Of a DNA stretch of 64,000 nt, positions 53,401 to 61,428 are shown in pieces. The position numbers were made by a program, and so were the translations under genes. Under the pieces are notes generated by a model. That model had not been told where the DNA came from. It ran no database searches and saw only the letters and a list, made by a program, of their open reading frames with translations. Origin of the DNA: Candidatus Aenigmatarchaeota archaeon (GTDB lineage Archaea > Aenigmatarchaeota > Aenigmatarchaeia > QMZP01). Within the stretch, counting starts at the first letter, position 1. Every line of letters begins with the position of its first letter. Location of the stretch: the NCBI GenBank assembly GCA_016783545.1, contig JADHWJ010000006.1:888-64887 (forward strand). Reading direction: 5' to 3'.

Positions 53401-53945
53401 ACAGCTGCTTCTAACAGGGCACTATAATTTCCGCTTGTTAAGTTTGCTTTTGTTAGGTTCCAGGTAATATTATATTCAAATTCAGCTCCATATACGCCTC
53501 CGTAATTGTATCCCGAACCAGCATACCCATACCCATATCCAGTTCCAAAGCTTGTGTTAACTGTATAATAACTAGTTGCATTATACCCATAACCAAATCC
53601 CCATAGAGGTCCGGATGCCCAGCCATATGGTGTTACGCCCAAAGCTGTTATATTAATTATGTTAGAACATGCTGTCATATTACTACCATCTGTTGTAAAC
53701 GTACAGGTATCTACGACTGAATTACTGGAGTTTCTTATTTTCAGTGTTATATTTTGAACAGGTAATCTCTCACCCTGATAGTTTATATCAATGTATGCTG
53801 TAAATGCAACAGTACTATCAGAAATGCCATACGAGGATCTGTCAGAATCCACGCCTAGTATAACAGCCTTTGACGGACTGGCGAAAATAATGACTGTTAT
53901 TATAACTAAAGTAAAAAATAAAGAAACTTTCCCATTCCTATCCAT
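47406..53945 (-). CDS. giant secreted surface protein (2179 aa), Asn/Ser/Thr/Tyr-rich with very many N-x-S/T sequons
   Basis: A single uninterrupted ORF. Signal-like MDRNGKVSLFFTLVIITVIIFASPSKA. Beta-rich repetitive modules and a C-terminal FN3-like segment (SFNWTASTDSDNDTITY...YFWKVKA). No C-terminal anchor. Confidence 0.85.
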   Translation of the reverse strand: MDRNGKVSLFFTLVIITVIIFASPSKAVILGVDSDRSSYGISDSTVAFTAYIDINYQGERLPVQNITLKIRNSSNSVVDTCTFTTDGSNMTACSNIINITALGVTPYGWASGPLWGFGYGYNATSYYTVNTSFGTGYGYGYAGSGYNYGGVYGAEFEYNITWNLTKANLTSGNYSALLEAAVASGNNSFTYVSDNTTLSFSVDTSTPVIENVSAATDTITADIVWDTDEIANSTVSYGINSSLASSVTNSTQVLSHNISLSSLSSNTTYYYNVTSCDSFNCNTTGMYNFTTNATSTAISAIIYDLQLMVSKTIFGLGERIEIYGYLYNITASSETGVPSVSINLSLLNISNDVISNYTFTTGSNGEYYSRSDYYPSATVINAPSTTGNYTLNATYTNGSATTYSVITINVINQSIDDIRLEPNKAIYYPSSNITLTARAIQYLGDNDLPVANVSINGTLRDSDFEILNTFSCTTDANGLCVYTNLIAPSTSGRYILEANNYVGYTTFSVVAFDVDVFMKDSTGTSIKNVFKKGDTGYVEVRVGYNSTTASGNYTVSSSIYNSNGTLISTLTGFSLDSNNSYSNKVPFTINNNLTVGEYKTKVSVRKIGGETINSTAIFQVRDWTLSVSKTSSNSGFEYGYTAFANSTVYFDASVIERGNGSAISGLNNNFTITLKNNFGAQMTNSSAFYNSSTGTYTFNLTMPSIQSSYTLSVTLANNDDTQSVEKLLTVTTIRASALSTDVNENKRDIFSMSEFAYIKVTAKNKTSNVNVTDIDIVSIKYQDGTEKNYTYQSNWSLMNFTDTDLEWGWNSTSSLVILDPPSTGGLFTVEMFVNNKSANTWARLRIKPYEICTAAKASSDTTQSDYYWQFQTTDTIYLQMKVHQTKDASSLSLANLTTSSAGYYYGYGGACQADTTKTAINNATITIKGVKNMRNGNTETLNSTASICYPIDQTGGYMCVIKPYDNLWDGGKYRVVVEITGPNGVTSDEGFGTFEARAFYIYGWSNLWSNKPTGDINFTIYMYSAGSGWWSSRSGIDGTVTLESVQYRGTPGEWMWQPVTYNYNTTGLSASTISSGAGTISLSASRAPNGTWKPGYYSAIIKGTDSSSGESDYGELWFEIRNWYAYANPVELSSGTYQYKYQFNTRENVSLYVKIMNAGDAWGTYGSSLGGNVDISIKKLEFYTTWPPKEVPAANYTATTITVNQSNRDIWSASTGDDNYIINITPVSGRWDSGYYQVVLDLNGTETGWGWFSALAFYIDTQPMNENGTYEYNTRGRGPVYFNVTTTKNRKYYYSYYSTVDFVNTTISDMVLRRWNSNTWQQIDYNYPEDINISIVGSNDLNVTGRSMLNVTYNNGTWPGGSYNGEIIMINNESEKVTGWLWFNVEPFRIQATANPYTIATDNNLTVELTIYEPGWTWPYTIQEGNYSIDSIIKRTWNYAGELRTDITNYTLGNGTAIFNGSIINLTIEPPSGRWESGWVSITVTIKDIDTNETKDGWISFRAVPFTISLSRTSPYTIGLSGNLTFNATLSHPISSQPETGNLTSVYRSSWPSNIYYNFSVNGCNSRTSSSCLINGTSAVVVEAPLDGWEEGYNYFYTEFTDDNDSTRIDDWSSVYFNARPTLRGYMYAVDSNGNYQYATSFPNNITIYLYSLQDLSGGNVAVNVTNVLFSKSPDGCWDDSCRTYSSATWSVVNVSTGESVGNNEIDTAGYIKLVPSGGLWEGGDYYVKVYITNGTDSSIIKNGYFKIKDMVAPNVSINTPTLAQVITENNIFFNASTTEDARCDIMIVNYDRYYSWYCSGNVSAACNTSYNGSVYTYSWISGWSGQVSTGGTAHTYNLSLNTSQNQDYGIKFYCYDSDWNYGTNETVITLNRTAQPYVAWVSTGVNTTLENASAEFSVLWETNVNLSGYIFSWNASGSWVNDTWTAFTNNWSNVSKTLNYSSGTIISWRVYANNSAGTWNVTDISAFIVNATTTPSVSYIIINATSSNNYTTDNLVCYTIGVNNENSLLTAYYRWYKNGALNYSGSRTAPNNTLTINRLLSGNTSKGENWTCSVSFGNDNGNSSWSNSSALTVLNSPPTAPNLTQPTNGSTTSDNTTSFNWTASTDSDNDTITYAILISSSTGFEVGNITQQNHSLSTLNYTSSALSDATYFWKVKAVTSDANSSWSGIRNIIINITG

Positions 53946-53985
53946 ATATAGTTATTCTATCTCTAAATTAATAAACACATGTAAA

Positions 53986-54378
53986 CTATTCTCTACATGT
54001 ACCTTCTCTGCATTTCCACCCTTCGCCATAAGAAGAGCATTCTACCATATCGTTTGTTAATTTTCCTGTAATGCAGTAATATTCGATTAGCGAATCATCT
54101 GATTCGCAGTAATCCACGAATTTTTTTGTTTCTCCTACAAACCCTGATTTGCTTACTTTAACTTCACCAAAAGTAAATGGGTCTCTACCGTAATCTGTTT
54201 CATCGCAATTCAGTATTTCAATATCAACTTCCCCTGTAAACTTACCTGAAGGTTTCTGGAAAGTTGTAAAGAATGAAAGAACTGATACAGAGAGTATTAC
54301 AGCAAGAACTATTATGAGTATTATACCATTATTAATTTTCTTGAAATTGTTTTTAGGAGTTTTGATTTTTAATCCCAT
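53986..54378 (-). CDS. small N-terminally anchored Cys-containing protein (paralogue 1)
   Basis: A TM helix, then PSGKFTGEVDIEILNCDETDYGRDPFTFGEV...VDYC...EYYC...EC..YGEGWKCREGTC. Confidence 0.6.
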   Translation of the reverse strand: MGLKIKTPKNNFKKINNGIILIIVLAVILSVSVLSFFTTFQKPSGKFTGEVDIEILNCDETDYGRDPFTFGEVKVSKSGFVGETKKFVDYCESDDSLIEYYCITGKLTNDMVECSSYGEGWKCREGTCRE

Positions 54379-54409
54379 GTATATATTTTAATTTTTTAGG
54401 CTTATAAAA

Positions 54410-54766
54410 TTATTTTACACAGACACCTTCTCTGCATTTCCACTCACTACCATAGAAAGAACACTCAATACCACTGGTTTTTAATTTATCGTCTTTGCAG
54501 TAATATTCAACAAGAAGGTTATCTGCCCTACAATAATCAACAAATACTCTTGTTTCTTTTATAGCAGCATCTACTGTAGTTGCTGTAACCTCACCAAAGT
54601 TATAAGGATCTCTACCATAGTCTGTTTCCTCACACGTCTCTACTGTTAAATTTAAATCACCTGTAAATTTACCTGATGGTGTCTGTACACCAATAGTTAG
54701 AAAAAGAGTTGGAATAAGTATAGCAAGAATCAATATAATTATCAAAATTCTGTTTGAAATTCTCAT
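54410..54766 (-). CDS. small N-terminally anchored Cys-containing protein (paralogue 2)
   Basis: A TM helix, then PSGKFTGDLNLTVETCEETDYGRDPYNFGEV...VDYC...EYYC...EC.FYGSEWKCREGVC. Confidence 0.6.
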   Translation of the reverse strand: MRISNRILIIILILAILIPTLFLTIGVQTPSGKFTGDLNLTVETCEETDYGRDPYNFGEVTATTVDAAIKETRVFVDYCRADNLLVEYYCKDDKLKTSGIECSFYGSEWKCREGVCVK

Positions 54767-54821
54767 ATATATTTCTTAATTTTTCAAGCTTATAAAATTA
54801 TATTAAAAAAATGTAAAGGGA

Positions 54822-57164
54822 TTATTTCACGAGCAATGCAAACCTGATTATAAGAATCACTATAATTATCAATGTAATAATTACTATTGCAGCGATCTTC
54901 CAGAAAGGCCTTTCTTCTATATCTTCTAATATAAGACCTGTTATGTTATCAAATGTTGCATCTAATGTTATGTTTGTTCCATTATCTTCTGATTCTGTTA
55001 TGTTAGGCTCTGTTACGTTAGGTTCTGGTGTGGTTATATTAGGTTCTGGTGTGGTTATATTAGGTTCTGGTGTGGTTATATTAGGTTCTGGTGTGGTTAT
55101 ATTAGGTTCTGGTGTGGTTATATTAGGTTCTGTTACAATAGGTTGCTGTTGAGCAGTTTCATCACAATCTACCAAACCCCTCTCACCACATACTCTTCCT
55201 GTATCTGAAGTAACTAGAGGACCTGTTATGTTAGATTTTACTGATACCTTGACCTTTGCAGTTGTCTGTGAACGAGCAGTATTTGCACTTAGTGTTACAA
55301 CATAATCACCTTCAAGTGTATAATATATCGGTGAAATGTAGATGTATGTTTTTTCTTCTTCATCTGGTCTCAAATGCAATGTATTTGGTCTCAAAAATAC
55401 CCATTCTGGACCATCAACACCTAAATTATATGTCTGAGCAACATCACCTGTGTTTCTTACTGTTACAGGTATTAGTGTAGCCTTTGATGTCCTTATATCC
55501 ACATTATCCTTGTCAGGTCTGATTGATGCAGAATAACAGGCATTGATTGATTTTATGCTTACTGGAGTTGATGTTGTCATTGATGTATACTGGCTTGTTG
55601 CAAAAACATCCAATCTCTTTAAACCTTCCTCATTAGCTATAGACAGGCTGAAATCAAAATTCTTAGACACGCCTGGTGCAAGTGTTATGTTTGTGAATTC
55701 TGGGTTTGTTTTTCCATCATAAACGAATCCTATGCTAAATGTATCAGATCTTGTACCAGTATTCCTCACATTAGCTGTGAAATTTACACCTGTGAATGGA
55801 CATGCTGATATGGATTCTGGATTAACTACAAGTTCACCATCGTAACAATTTTCTACTGCAAGTACAGCAGATGCTTGTTTTGTTATAGAACCATCTGTAG
55901 CTCTAACTGTTATTGTCTTTGTACCAACAAGACCTTCTGTATCTATGTTCAGATTTATAACTTCTACCTGATCTGGGTCCAAAATAACCTTATCTTTTGA
56001 TAATGTACCTAATGTAGTTGAAACCGTGAATGTATCCTGTAGAGTTCCAGTGTTTTTAACAGTAACTGAGAACTCTCCTTTCTCTTTCTTGCATATGTTA
56101 TTTTGAACAGGTGAAACCATTAATATTGCATCTTTACATTCTTTTGCCTGTATTGAAGATGATACTTTCTTTGCCATATTTGGATTTGTTGTGCTTGTAA
56201 CAGTCAATTCAAGTGTATTTGACCCTGTTTTCTGAGGTCTGGAAGTTAAAGACACGCTTCTAATTGAACCAGCTGGAACAGTTACAGAACCAACAGAACT
56301 TGCCCATGAAGGACCTGAAACAATATATGTATCTTCCTTTGAACCAGTGTTTCTAATAGTCAGTGTATGATTAAATGATCTACCAAGACATGCATCTGAT
56401 ATCTGACTTGGTGTAATCTCTGCATTAAAATTATAACATTGTTTCAAATTTAATGAAACTTTTTTTGTTGCTTCTGCATAAGAATTCCTTGAAACAGCAA
56501 ATATCTCTAAAGTATGAAGTCCTGAAAGCGTTTTTGGTGGGTTAAGCGTCATTGTAACTGTTTTTGTTGAACCTGATGATACTGTAACTGAATTTTGAGA
56601 GAAAGTCAACCCTGAAGTAATATCTGTTGACCCTAATGGACAGCAGAAATCAAATGTTTCAGTATATTTACCCAGGTTTTTGAATAAAAGTGAATATGTT
56701 ACAGGAAGCTCTGTCTCCCTACAAACATCTTTTGATGTCTCACCAGCGATTTCAAGAAGATGACAACCAAGGACCTTTACTGATATGGTCTTTGAAACAC
56801 TATGACCAGTTGACCTTGAAACAGCCCTAATTGTTGCAGTGTATGTACCAGGTTCAATTGTATATGGAACATTTATCCAGAATGTTTCAACCTCTTTTAT
56901 TTCATTTGAAGCCAATACTATCTCTGGATTTATAAAAGCTGAGTCAGAATTTGTTATCCAATCAACAGAAAGTGTAAATGTATCAGATCTTGAAAGAAGA
57001 TTTTTAACTGTTATTTTTATATCATCATCTGTAATTGTTCTATCAGGGCAGACTTCAATTGTCTGGGGTGTTATCTGCAAATCTATGTTTGAAATTGCCA
57101 GTGCAGGATTAGCTCCCACCAATACTGTAAACAGACAGATTAAAAGCAAAAGTCTCTTAAACAT
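54822..57164 (-). CDS. secreted multi-domain surface protein with C-terminal TM anchor
   Basis: Signal peptide MFKRLLLLICLFTVLVGANPALA. Repeated ~100-aa beta modules each carry a conserved Cys and a TF.(V/L)..(T/N) pattern (CARDB/DUF11-like). A NITTPEP repeat stalk precedes the TM helix IAAIVIITLIIIVILII. Confidence 0.75.
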   Translation of the reverse strand: MFKRLLLLICLFTVLVGANPALAISNIDLQITPQTIEVCPDRTITDDDIKITVKNLLSRSDTFTLSVDWITNSDSAFINPEIVLASNEIKEVETFWINVPYTIEPGTYTATIRAVSRSTGHSVSKTISVKVLGCHLLEIAGETSKDVCRETELPVTYSLLFKNLGKYTETFDFCCPLGSTDITSGLTFSQNSVTVSSGSTKTVTMTLNPPKTLSGLHTLEIFAVSRNSYAEATKKVSLNLKQCYNFNAEITPSQISDACLGRSFNHTLTIRNTGSKEDTYIVSGPSWASSVGSVTVPAGSIRSVSLTSRPQKTGSNTLELTVTSTTNPNMAKKVSSSIQAKECKDAILMVSPVQNNICKKEKGEFSVTVKNTGTLQDTFTVSTTLGTLSKDKVILDPDQVEVINLNIDTEGLVGTKTITVRATDGSITKQASAVLAVENCYDGELVVNPESISACPFTGVNFTANVRNTGTRSDTFSIGFVYDGKTNPEFTNITLAPGVSKNFDFSLSIANEEGLKRLDVFATSQYTSMTTSTPVSIKSINACYSASIRPDKDNVDIRTSKATLIPVTVRNTGDVAQTYNLGVDGPEWVFLRPNTLHLRPDEEEKTYIYISPIYYTLEGDYVVTLSANTARSQTTAKVKVSVKSNITGPLVTSDTGRVCGERGLVDCDETAQQQPIVTEPNITTPEPNITTPEPNITTPEPNITTPEPNITTPEPNVTEPNITESEDNGTNITLDATFDNITGLILEDIEERPFWKIAAIVIITLIIIVILIIRFALLVK
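55021..55125. repeat. five perfect 21-nt tandem repeats (encode NITTPEP x5)
   Basis: The unit ggttctggtgtggttatatta is repeated head to tail, with degenerate 15-nt relatives on both sides. Confidence 0.9.
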
Positions 57165-57235
57165 GAGAAATTATTAATAGTAAGTTTTTTAAGGGTTTTC
57201 GTCAAATAACAGAAAAGTATTTAAGCTTTTCGCTT

Positions 57236-57290
57236 AATTGTTTCAAATTGTTTCACTGGAAAAAATAATAAAAATCTCACTGAAACAATT
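57236..57290. promoter_or_regulatory. direct and inverted AATTGTTTCA repeats between the dockerin ORF and the 780-aa gene
   Basis: AATTGTTTCA lies at 57236-45 and 57246-55. The inverted partner cacTGAAACAATT lies at 57278-90. Confidence 0.4.
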
Positions 57291-57313
57291 AAAAAAATAA
57301 AGGAAATGTTTAG

Positions 57314-58009
57314 TTAACATTTCCTTCCATAATTGAGGCCTACTGCAGCAAGGTCAAAAATGTTTATTTTACCATCGCCTTCTGCATCTCCTCTGATTGT
57401 TGGTGGGGTATGTATATCAGCAGGTATGCATCCACCTGTAACTGCTTGACCGAAGCAATAACCTACCTTTGCAAGGTCAAATACATTGATTTTGCAGTCA
57501 TTTTGTATATCCCCTCTCAACCAGACACTAATATTCCATGTTTCTGTGTCTGTTGCCCCATGTTGATCTGTTACCCTAAGGGTAACTGTGTGCTCTCCTA
57601 TGTCATTGACAGAGGCCGCGTATAACCAAGACTGGGCTGTTGATTTCTCAACACCATTGAGTTTCCATACGTATTTTAGGCCACTAGTCTCGCCTATATC
57701 AGGGTCGTGTGACGTGTGGTTAAACCTTATTGAATAACCCTCCCTAAATTTAACAGTTGTAGAACTTGGTATTGTTGTATCTATTATTGGTGCTCTGTTT
57801 ACATTATTTACTGTTATTGTTATTTTCTTGCTTGCTCTAGCACTGCCATCGCTTACATTGAATGTTATATCATAGGAGCCTGCCTGATTGTATGTTGGCT
57901 TCCATGAGAACCTATTGCCCACTAAAGTTGCGCCAGTAGGCATTGGCGTTGCGCTATATGTCAAAGCGTCGTTGTCAATATCGCTGCCAATCACATTGAA
58001 TTCAAGCAA
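57314..58009 (-). CDS. dockerin-containing surface-protein fragment (TTG start as called; the frame is open upstream to 58306 without a start or signal peptide)
   Basis: Ig/cadherin-like DIDNDALTYS, a PKD-like domain, and a C-terminal duplicated Ca-binding dockerin repeat (GDIQNDCKINVFDLAKVG and GDAEGDGKINIFDLAAVG). Confidence 0.6.
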   Translation of the reverse strand: MLEFNVIGSDIDNDALTYSATPMPTGATLVGNRFSWKPTYNQAGSYDITFNVSDGSARASKKITITVNNVNRAPIIDTTIPSSTTVKFREGYSIRFNHTSHDPDIGETSGLKYVWKLNGVEKSTAQSWLYAASVNDIGEHTVTLRVTDQHGATDTETWNISVWLRGDIQNDCKINVFDLAKVGYCFGQAVTGGCIPADIHTPPTIRGDAEGDGKINIFDLAAVGLNYGRKC

Positions 58010-58318
58010 TGTATTTTCATTAACAGTTTTATCACTTACTGATATAACAGGTGCTGTATTTCTTATTGTTTTTACAGATGAATTCTTTGCAATACCATAG
58101 TCTTGTGTGTCGTATGGTTTTATTTGACACTTTATATTGTTTCCTTTTACAAATTTACTTGAAGCTAGTGTTTTTCCTGTTTGTCCGGATATAGCAACAT
58201 TGTTTTTATACCAGACATAATTGTTTGTAACCCTATCATTGTCAGCGTCTGCTGTTGAATGATTGTTGCATGTAAGAGTGTCGTCTGTATATGCAACAGC
58301 CGGATATTATTACACGGG

Positions 58319-59932
58319 TTAATAATCCTTTTCTCTTATTGGTGGAATAGGTGTAAACTCTTTTGCTTCCATTCCAATCATTATTCTTGCTGCCAAAATA
58401 ATTATTATAAAAATTATTATAATGTAAGAGACCAGAAGTTCAAAGCTCATACCAAAAGAGAATCTTGAATGGCAATCTGTGCATTCCCTTTCCTCTGCTT
58501 TTAACACGAAAAGCGGTATATAGCTTTCAAAACTCTTTGCTTCCTTATAGGCTATTACATTAACATGTATTGTATATTTCCCGTATTCCCTTGATTTAAC
58601 ATAAGCATAGACTGTTTTTGTTTCATCAACATTTACCTCAGTAGGGTAATCTATCCATCCATTAGGGACTCCTGACATTCTTATGTAAAACTTTTGCGGA
58701 ATCTTTGATGTTATTTCAATTCTCATAACATCACCATCGTACATATTTGAGTCTATTTCAGATGGATATATCATTACAGCTGTCTCTTTTGCCCAAGGTT
58801 TTGGTTTTGGCTCTGGTTCAGGGTCAGGCATGGTAAAATTAATAACATCCAATATTTCTGTCGGGAATTCAACTGGTTTTCTTGATTTTATGTTCAATGT
58901 TGTGAAGTCACCTTCTGAGCACATACCCCTTGAAGCTATAGCAGAAATTTTAAGGTTATGAAGACCCTCTGCACTCAATGAATAGATAAATGTCAAAACA
59001 GTGCCTGACTTTCCATCTAATGAGAAGGAACGTATGTCTTCTTTCTTACCATCAACATAAAAATATACATCAACATCTTCTCTTTCACTCACCATATTCT
59101 CCAATGTAACAACTATTCTATTATCTTCTCCCTTAGTAACATATGTATCATAATCCACTCTCTTTATATCAATTCCACAACGCTCATCATCTTCGTCGTC
59201 TTCATCATCCGCATCTCTTCCTGACAGGCAAAGTCCTGCCTCACAACCATTCTCGCATTCTTTAATGCTTACCCAGTTAGTTGAACCGCAGCCGTCCTGA
59301 AACTCTCTCTGAAGTATGTTGCCTTCGCACCTGTAATTCATTAAAAAGCCTTTGAATATTTTACAATCTGGGCTTTTCCTGCAATCAACCGGACAGTTAT
59401 CAGGGGTTTCACCGCAATTACGAACACCATCACCACATGCATCACATAAGTAACAATAATCACCATCGCCTTTTGCTATGGATTCCCATCTTCCACCAAG
59501 GCACTGCAAAAATGATTGTGTTGAAGAATCGCATCTTGTTTCACCCTCTCTTCCAAGTGGGTTTTTACAAGAATATCCTTCTAGTATGTAATGTATCATC
59601 ACCTCTGAATCCCATGCACCACAGCTGGATTCTACTGCTATACCAACATCATATCTTTCTCTGCTAAATGGATATTCCATTGAAACTCTTTTAACTTCCC
59701 CAGAATCCAGTGTTATATTACCAGAACCAACTTCAACATCGTCAACATAGATTGTATAATCAATTATCTGACCATCATGTGTGCCTGTATTCTTTATATT
59801 CGCTGATATTTCACTATCCCAGACTGTTAGTCCATAAACATCTATTTCACAGCCTACATGATCAGCAAGAACGCCTGGACTAAGCAAAATCGTCAAAACT
59901 ATTAGAGTAAATACGGCAAATGTCTTTCTCAT
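58319..59932 (-). CDS. secreted Cys-rich protein with C-terminal TM anchor, unknown function
   Basis: Signal peptide MRKTFAVFTLIVLTILLSPGVLA. A Cys-rich core (CDACGDGVRNCGETPDNCPVDC) and an acidic DADDEDDEDDE stretch. TM helix LLVSYIIIIFIIIILAA. Confidence 0.7.
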   Translation of the reverse strand: MRKTFAVFTLIVLTILLSPGVLADHVGCEIDVYGLTVWDSEISANIKNTGTHDGQIIDYTIYVDDVEVGSGNITLDSGEVKRVSMEYPFSRERYDVGIAVESSCGAWDSEVMIHYILEGYSCKNPLGREGETRCDSSTQSFLQCLGGRWESIAKGDGDYCYLCDACGDGVRNCGETPDNCPVDCRKSPDCKIFKGFLMNYRCEGNILQREFQDGCGSTNWVSIKECENGCEAGLCLSGRDADDEDDEDDERCGIDIKRVDYDTYVTKGEDNRIVVTLENMVSEREDVDVYFYVDGKKEDIRSFSLDGKSGTVLTFIYSLSAEGLHNLKISAIASRGMCSEGDFTTLNIKSRKPVEFPTEILDVINFTMPDPEPEPKPKPWAKETAVMIYPSEIDSNMYDGDVMRIEITSKIPQKFYIRMSGVPNGWIDYPTEVNVDETKTVYAYVKSREYGKYTIHVNVIAYKEAKSFESYIPLFVLKAEERECTDCHSRFSFGMSFELLVSYIIIIFIIIILAARIMIGMEAKEFTPIPPIREKDY

Positions 59933-59965
59933 GTTATTGGTTTAGTAATAAGGTTTTTAAGCTTT

Positions 59966-61357
59966 TTAACATACTTTATTCACGTATTCCTTCAGGAAAA
60001 GAGCAAATTCCTTGTCTTTTTTTGCCAAAGAAATGATCTGTTTTTCATTCAGGAACTGATATCTTTTCCTTATGGATTTTGCTATATAGCTTGGAACACC
60101 CCTCTCTCTCAGCTTCTTGAATGAGCCCTTTAGTGTCTCTCTTAGGAGCTGTTCGGGCTTTATAAACTCTCTTTTTATCTCAGAAAAACACTTATTCTCT
60201 TCAATCCAGACCTTTCCTATTTTCTTGTATTTCTTTGTGAACTCATCTGATCTATCCTTTACATCTATTGGTGGACCTTCTATTTTCTTCACTTTAGGAA
60301 GCTCTTCTCCATTTAATTCCAACAAAAGCATAGAATACCCATTTCCATATACATCATTCCCAAATACCTGAAATTCCTCATCTTCTAAGACCTCTTTTAG
60401 TCTTTTGCCAAATTTTCTAAGCTGTGGGAATAGTATATCGGGTATCACTTCTGGGCTTTTGAACTTTATAGCAAGAAGAACTGTTTCCCTTTTCTTGATA
60501 GAATTCTCCAGCTGCTTTAGATTAACACTCTTTTCTTCTGAAAAGAATTTTCCAGACGGTTTCTTTAAAAAAGCTTGGCAGGCTTCCACAAATCTTGCAA
60601 AGTTTTCTGGGGAGAGCGCTGCAGCAACATTCCTGTTTTTGTCAACAGGATCTATAACTATCAGTTGATTATTTTTGAATTTTCTCTTAAGATCTTCTGG
60701 AAGCTCTTTATGGTATTTTTCTATATCGATATAGACGTCTGTTTTCCACTTAGAAGCTGATTTCAACAGGTTTTTCAAACTCCCAAAATTTGCAACAAGT
60801 ATCTCACATAAATAGCCTGAGAAGCCCTGAACCTTTGTATCAGAACCGTATACGCCCATAGACTTTGTGAATTGTTTTAGAAGTCGCACATCACCAGAAA
60901 GTCTGAGAGGGAAATTCTTCTGTATCCATCTATTATGAAATGGTGTCCTATCAACAGCTGATTTTATTTTCTCAGCTGATTTTACACTATAACAGGGCAC
61001 AATATCAACATCATATCCTAGTATAACAGCCCTTGTATATGGATGCTCTGCATAAGCTATAACATAACTACCTTTCATTCTCCTTGTGATTGTTTTTCCT
61101 ATTAAAAGCCCTTGTTTTTCCAGCTCTTCTCTTGGAGCATTTTCAGGGAATAGTATAAACAGATCAAAATCTTTTTTATGAGGAAGCCAGGTATCTCGTA
61201 TTATGCTACCTGAAAGTGTATGTCCTAGACCTTTGGGTCTTATGATCTCTTCTGTTGTTTTCAATATTTTCTTAACATCCTCTTCGAGCTCTTTTCTTTC
61301 CTCTTCAGAAGGTGTTATTTTCTTCAGTGCCTTTTCCAGAATAGAATCCATTGTCAT
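59966..61357 (-). CDS. cca: archaeal class I CCA-adding enzyme (tRNA nucleotidyltransferase)
   Basis: Contains GSIIRDTWLPHKKDFDLFILF and RTPFHNRW. Length is about 460 aa, typical of archaeal CCA enzymes. Confidence 0.85.
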   Translation of the reverse strand: MTMDSILEKALKKITPSEEERKELEEDVKKILKTTEEIIRPKGLGHTLSGSIIRDTWLPHKKDFDLFILFPENAPREELEKQGLLIGKTITRRMKGSYVIAYAEHPYTRAVILGYDVDIVPCYSVKSAEKIKSAVDRTPFHNRWIQKNFPLRLSGDVRLLKQFTKSMGVYGSDTKVQGFSGYLCEILVANFGSLKNLLKSASKWKTDVYIDIEKYHKELPEDLKRKFKNNQLIVIDPVDKNRNVAAALSPENFARFVEACQAFLKKPSGKFFSEEKSVNLKQLENSIKKRETVLLAIKFKSPEVIPDILFPQLRKFGKRLKEVLEDEEFQVFGNDVYGNGYSMLLLELNGEELPKVKKIEGPPIDVKDRSDEFTKKYKKIGKVWIEENKCFSEIKREFIKPEQLLRETLKGSFKKLRERGVPSYIAKSIRKRYQFLNEKQIISLAKKDKEFALFLKEYVNKVC

Positions 61358-61428
61358 AGTTAATATTTGGATTTAGAGAAAATAAATGAATATTTAAAAT
61401 TTACTTTCTAAAAAATAAGATTGATAAC

